Shown here in pieces: positions 60,645 to 64,000 of a stretch of DNA of 64,000 nt; positions within the stretch are counted from its first letter, which is position 1; the number at the start of each line of letters is the position of its first letter. The notes under the pieces are model-generated. The model did no database searches. It was not told the DNA's origin and saw nothing but the letters and a program-made list of their open reading frames with translations. The translations under genes were made by a program, and so were the position numbers. Source of the DNA: Tubulanus polymorphus (taxonomy: Eukaryota > Animalia > Nemertea); NCBI RefSeq assembly GCF_964204645.1, contig NC_134032.1, positions 930,001 to 994,000 of the forward strand. The letters are read 5' to 3'.

Positions 60645-63600
60645 GGGGACCATCAGCTCTCAGCGACGATGTGTATAAGATTACGCTTTCTGTACGAAGT
60701 GGAAAGAAGATGCTCTCATCATATCCAGTTACTTCTGGTGACAAAAAATATGATGCTGTGCGCAAAAATGCAGCGAATAAGTTGTCTTCGAAAGCATACA
60801 CACGTCAAAACATAAACAACAAAAATGAAATCGTATTCCAAAAACAAGAAAAATTGTTCCCAAATCTTCAGCCATTGCCTCAATTATTGTTTCAAGAAGG
60901 CGAGCCATATGTTTGTTTTTATGAAAAGAAAATTCACTCTGTAAGTACAATTTGCTTATTCATATTGATACACGGATGTTTGTATCAATAACTGCAATCG
61001 ATTGCAAAATTGTAGCTAATGACATGTCGGAGTCGGACCCAAGGGGAACCGGGTACGGCTGCGGATAGTTCGGTCAGCAATGACACAGTCATGCGGGCAC
61101 TGACCGGCCTACAAGAGCAGATGGGCTCAGCAGCAGCGTTTATTGATTATAGCCTGCTTCCAAAATTCACAGGCCGGGACAATCAAGATGTGGATGAATG
61201 GTTCAGGGGGTTTGATAGGCTCGCTGACCTCAGAGGCTGGACTGCTGCGGTAAAAAAAAAAACAACAGATTTTCTGGTTTCTGTCCGGACCAGCTTTCGT
61301 CCTGTTCAACGATCTGCGCATCGACCAAGAGACTGATGCGGCTGGTCACCGTAAAATGGCCCCGTGGGATGATATTGTGCTGCTTTCAAAAAACAGTTTA
61401 GCCCGACAACTTGGGCCATAGTCAGAGAATCTGCCCTGACAACTATGAAACAGGTGAGGGGCAACCGAAGTCCTGGACCGGAGCATACTGGTCGTGGAGA
61501 GAGAGGTGGCGCCGCCGGTAAAGAGTAGAAAAATCCTTTATCTATTTATAATTATTTCTCTTCTATTCCAGAGATCCCGCAAGAGATATTCAACCGACGA
61601 GGTGGACATCATTCGGGTAGCATTCGCGGAGGAGTACGCGAGTCCTGCCCAAATTAAAGAGGCGTTAGGGGGGACCATCAGCTCTCAGCGACGATGTGTA
61701 TGAGATTACGCACTCCCTACTCAGTGGAAAGAAGATGCTCTCATCATATCCAGTTACTTCTGGTGACAAAAAATATGATGCTGTGCGCAAAAATGCAGCG
61801 AATAAGTTGTCTTCGAAAGCATACACACGTCAAAACATAAACAACAAAAATGAAATCGTATTCCAAAAAACAAGAAAAATTGTTCCCAAATCTTCGGCCA
61901 TTGCCTCAATTATTGTTTCAAGAAGGCGAGCCATATGTTTGTTTTTATGAAAAGAAAATTCACTCTGTAAGTACAATTTGCTTATTCATATTGATACACG
62001 GATGTTTGTATCAATAACTGCAATCGATTGCAAAATTGTAGCTAATGACATGTCGGAGTCGGACCCAAGGGGAACCGGGTACGGCTGCGGATAGTTCGGT
62101 CAGCAATGACACAGTCATGCGGGCGCTGACCGGCCTACAAGAGCAGATGGGCTCAGCAGCAGCGTTTATTGATTATAGCCTGCTTCCAAAATTCACAGGC
62201 CGGGACAATCAAGATGTGGATGAATGGTTCAGGGGGTTTGATAGGCTCGCTGACCTCAGAGGCTGGACTGCTGCGGTAAAAAAAAAAACAACAGATTTTC
62301 TGGTTTCTGTCCGGACCAGCTTTCGTCCTGTTCAACGATCTGCGCATCGACCAAGAGACTGATGCGGCTGGTCACCGTATAATGGCCCCGTGGGATGATA
62401 TTGTGCTGCTTTCAAAAAACAGTTTAGCCCGACAACTTGGGCCATAGTCAGAGAATCTGCCCTGACAACTATGAAACAGGGGAGGGGCAACCGAAGTCCT
62501 GGACCGGAGCATACTGGTCGTGGAGCGAGAGGTGGCGCCACCGGTAAAGAGTAGAAAAATCCTTTATCTATTTATAATTATTTCTCTTCTATTCCAGAGA
62601 TCCCGCAAGAGATATTCAACCTACGAGGTGGACATCATTCGGGCAGCATTCGCGGAGGAGTACGCGAGTCCTGCCCAAATTAAAGAGGCGTTAGGGGGGA
62701 CTATCAGCTCTCAGCGACGATGTGTATGAGATCACGCTTTCTGTACTCAGTGGAAAGAAGATGCTCTCATCATATCCAGTTACTTCTGGTGACAAAAAAT
62801 ATGATGCTGTGCGCAAAAATGCAGCGAATAAGTTGTCTTCGAAAGCATTCACACGTCAAAACATAAACAACAAAAATGAAATCCTGTTCCAAAAAAACGT
62901 GAAAAATTGTTCCCAAATCTTCAGCCATTGCCTCAATTATTGTTTCAAGAAGGCGAGCCATATGTTTGTTTTTATGAAAAGAAAATTCACTCTGTAAGTA
63001 CAATTTGCTTATTCATATTGATACACGGATGTTTGTATCAATAACTGCAATCGATTGCAAAATTGTAGCTAATGACATGTCGGAGTTGGACCCAAGGGGA
63101 ACCGGGTACGGCTGCGGATACTTCGGTCAGCAATGACACAGTCATGCGGGCGCTGACCGGCCTACAAGAGCAGATGGGCTCAGCAGCAGCGTTTATTGAT
63201 TATAGCCTGCTTCCAAAATTCACAGGCCGGGACAATCAAGATGTGGATGAATGGTTCAGGGGGTTTGATAGGCTCGCTGACCTCAGAGGCTGGACTGCTG
63301 CGGTAAAAAAAAAAAAACAACAGATTTTCTGGTTTCTGTCCGGACCAGCTTTCGTCCTGTTCAACGATCTGCGCATCGACCAAGAGACTGATGCGGCTGG
63401 TCACCGTATAATGGCCCCGTGGGATGATAATGTGCTGCTTTCAAAAAACAGTTTAGCCCGACAACTTGGGCCATAGTCAGGGAATCTGCCCTGACAACTA
63501 TGAAACAGGGGGGGGGGGGGCAACCGAAGTCCTGGACCGGAGCATACCGGTCGTGGAGCGAGAGGTGGCGCCGCCGGTAAAGAGTGCCGTATAGAAAAAT

Positions 63601-64000
63601 CCTTTATCTATTTATTATTATTTCTCTTCTATTCCAGAGATCCCGCACGAGATATTCAACCGACGAGGTGGACATCATTCGGGCAGCATTCGCGGAGGAG
63701 AACGCGAGTCCTGCCCAAATTAAAGAGGCGTTAGGGGGGACCATCAGCTCTCAGCGACGATGTGTATGAGATTACGCTTTCCCTACTCAGTGGAAAGAAG
63801 ATGCTCTCATCATATCCAGTTACTTCTGGTGACAAAAAATATGAAGCTGTGCGCAAAAATGCAGCGAATAAGTTGTCTTCGAAAGCATACACACGTCAAA
63901 ACATAAACAACAAAAATGAAATCGTATTCCAAAAAATGAGAAAAATTGTTCCCAAATCTTCGGCCATTGCCTCAATTATTGTTTCAAGAAGGCGAGCCAT
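60645..64000 (+). repeat. ~1.03-kb tandem array (>3 units, runs off the window) containing a Gypsy gag fragment and an unrelated intron-containing coding fragment
   Basis: Periods of 1025, 1026 and 1040 bp. gag ORFs start at 61019, 62045 and 63072 (LPKFTGRDNQDVDEWFRGFDRLADLRGWT...FLSGPAFVLF). Confidence 0.9.

Overview
Eukaryotic, intron-rich, repeat-dense DNA from an animal, probably a marine invertebrate (inferred from gene content; the species cannot be determined from the sequence). I assembled seven protein-coding loci by hand from GT-AG junctions and reading-frame phase. (1) An NHL/beta-propeller-like ORF runs off the left edge (-). (2) A five-exon gene (13201->7400, -), only partly visible in the ORF track, has an N-myristoylation start, an AxEG-basic motif and a C-terminal YDxxEExLxAxIExE[FY] motif resembling vertebrate cystin-1. 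(3) DTWD1 (+). (4) EIF2B4 (-). (5) A pinocchio-like Cys-rich gene (+). (6) An intronless, divergent SLC18/VMAT-like MFS transporter (+). (7) An intronless FMRFamide-receptor-like GPCR (-) broken by one in-frame TAA. Non-coding DNA holds about 13 minimal type I hammerhead ribozyme motifs of the Penelope-like-element type, including tandem arrays with 167-bp and 69-bp periods. It also holds many MITE families with readable target-site duplications, nested insertions, a Helitron remnant, tRNA-derived SINEs and several satellites. At the right edge is an LTR-like/gag remnant followed by a ~1.03-kb tandem array fusing a Gypsy gag fragment to an intron-containing helix-turn-helix-like fragment. The main leads are the cystin-like gene, the hammerhead arrays and the gag-chimera array. 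All homology calls come from motif recognition and recalled sequences, not database searches.
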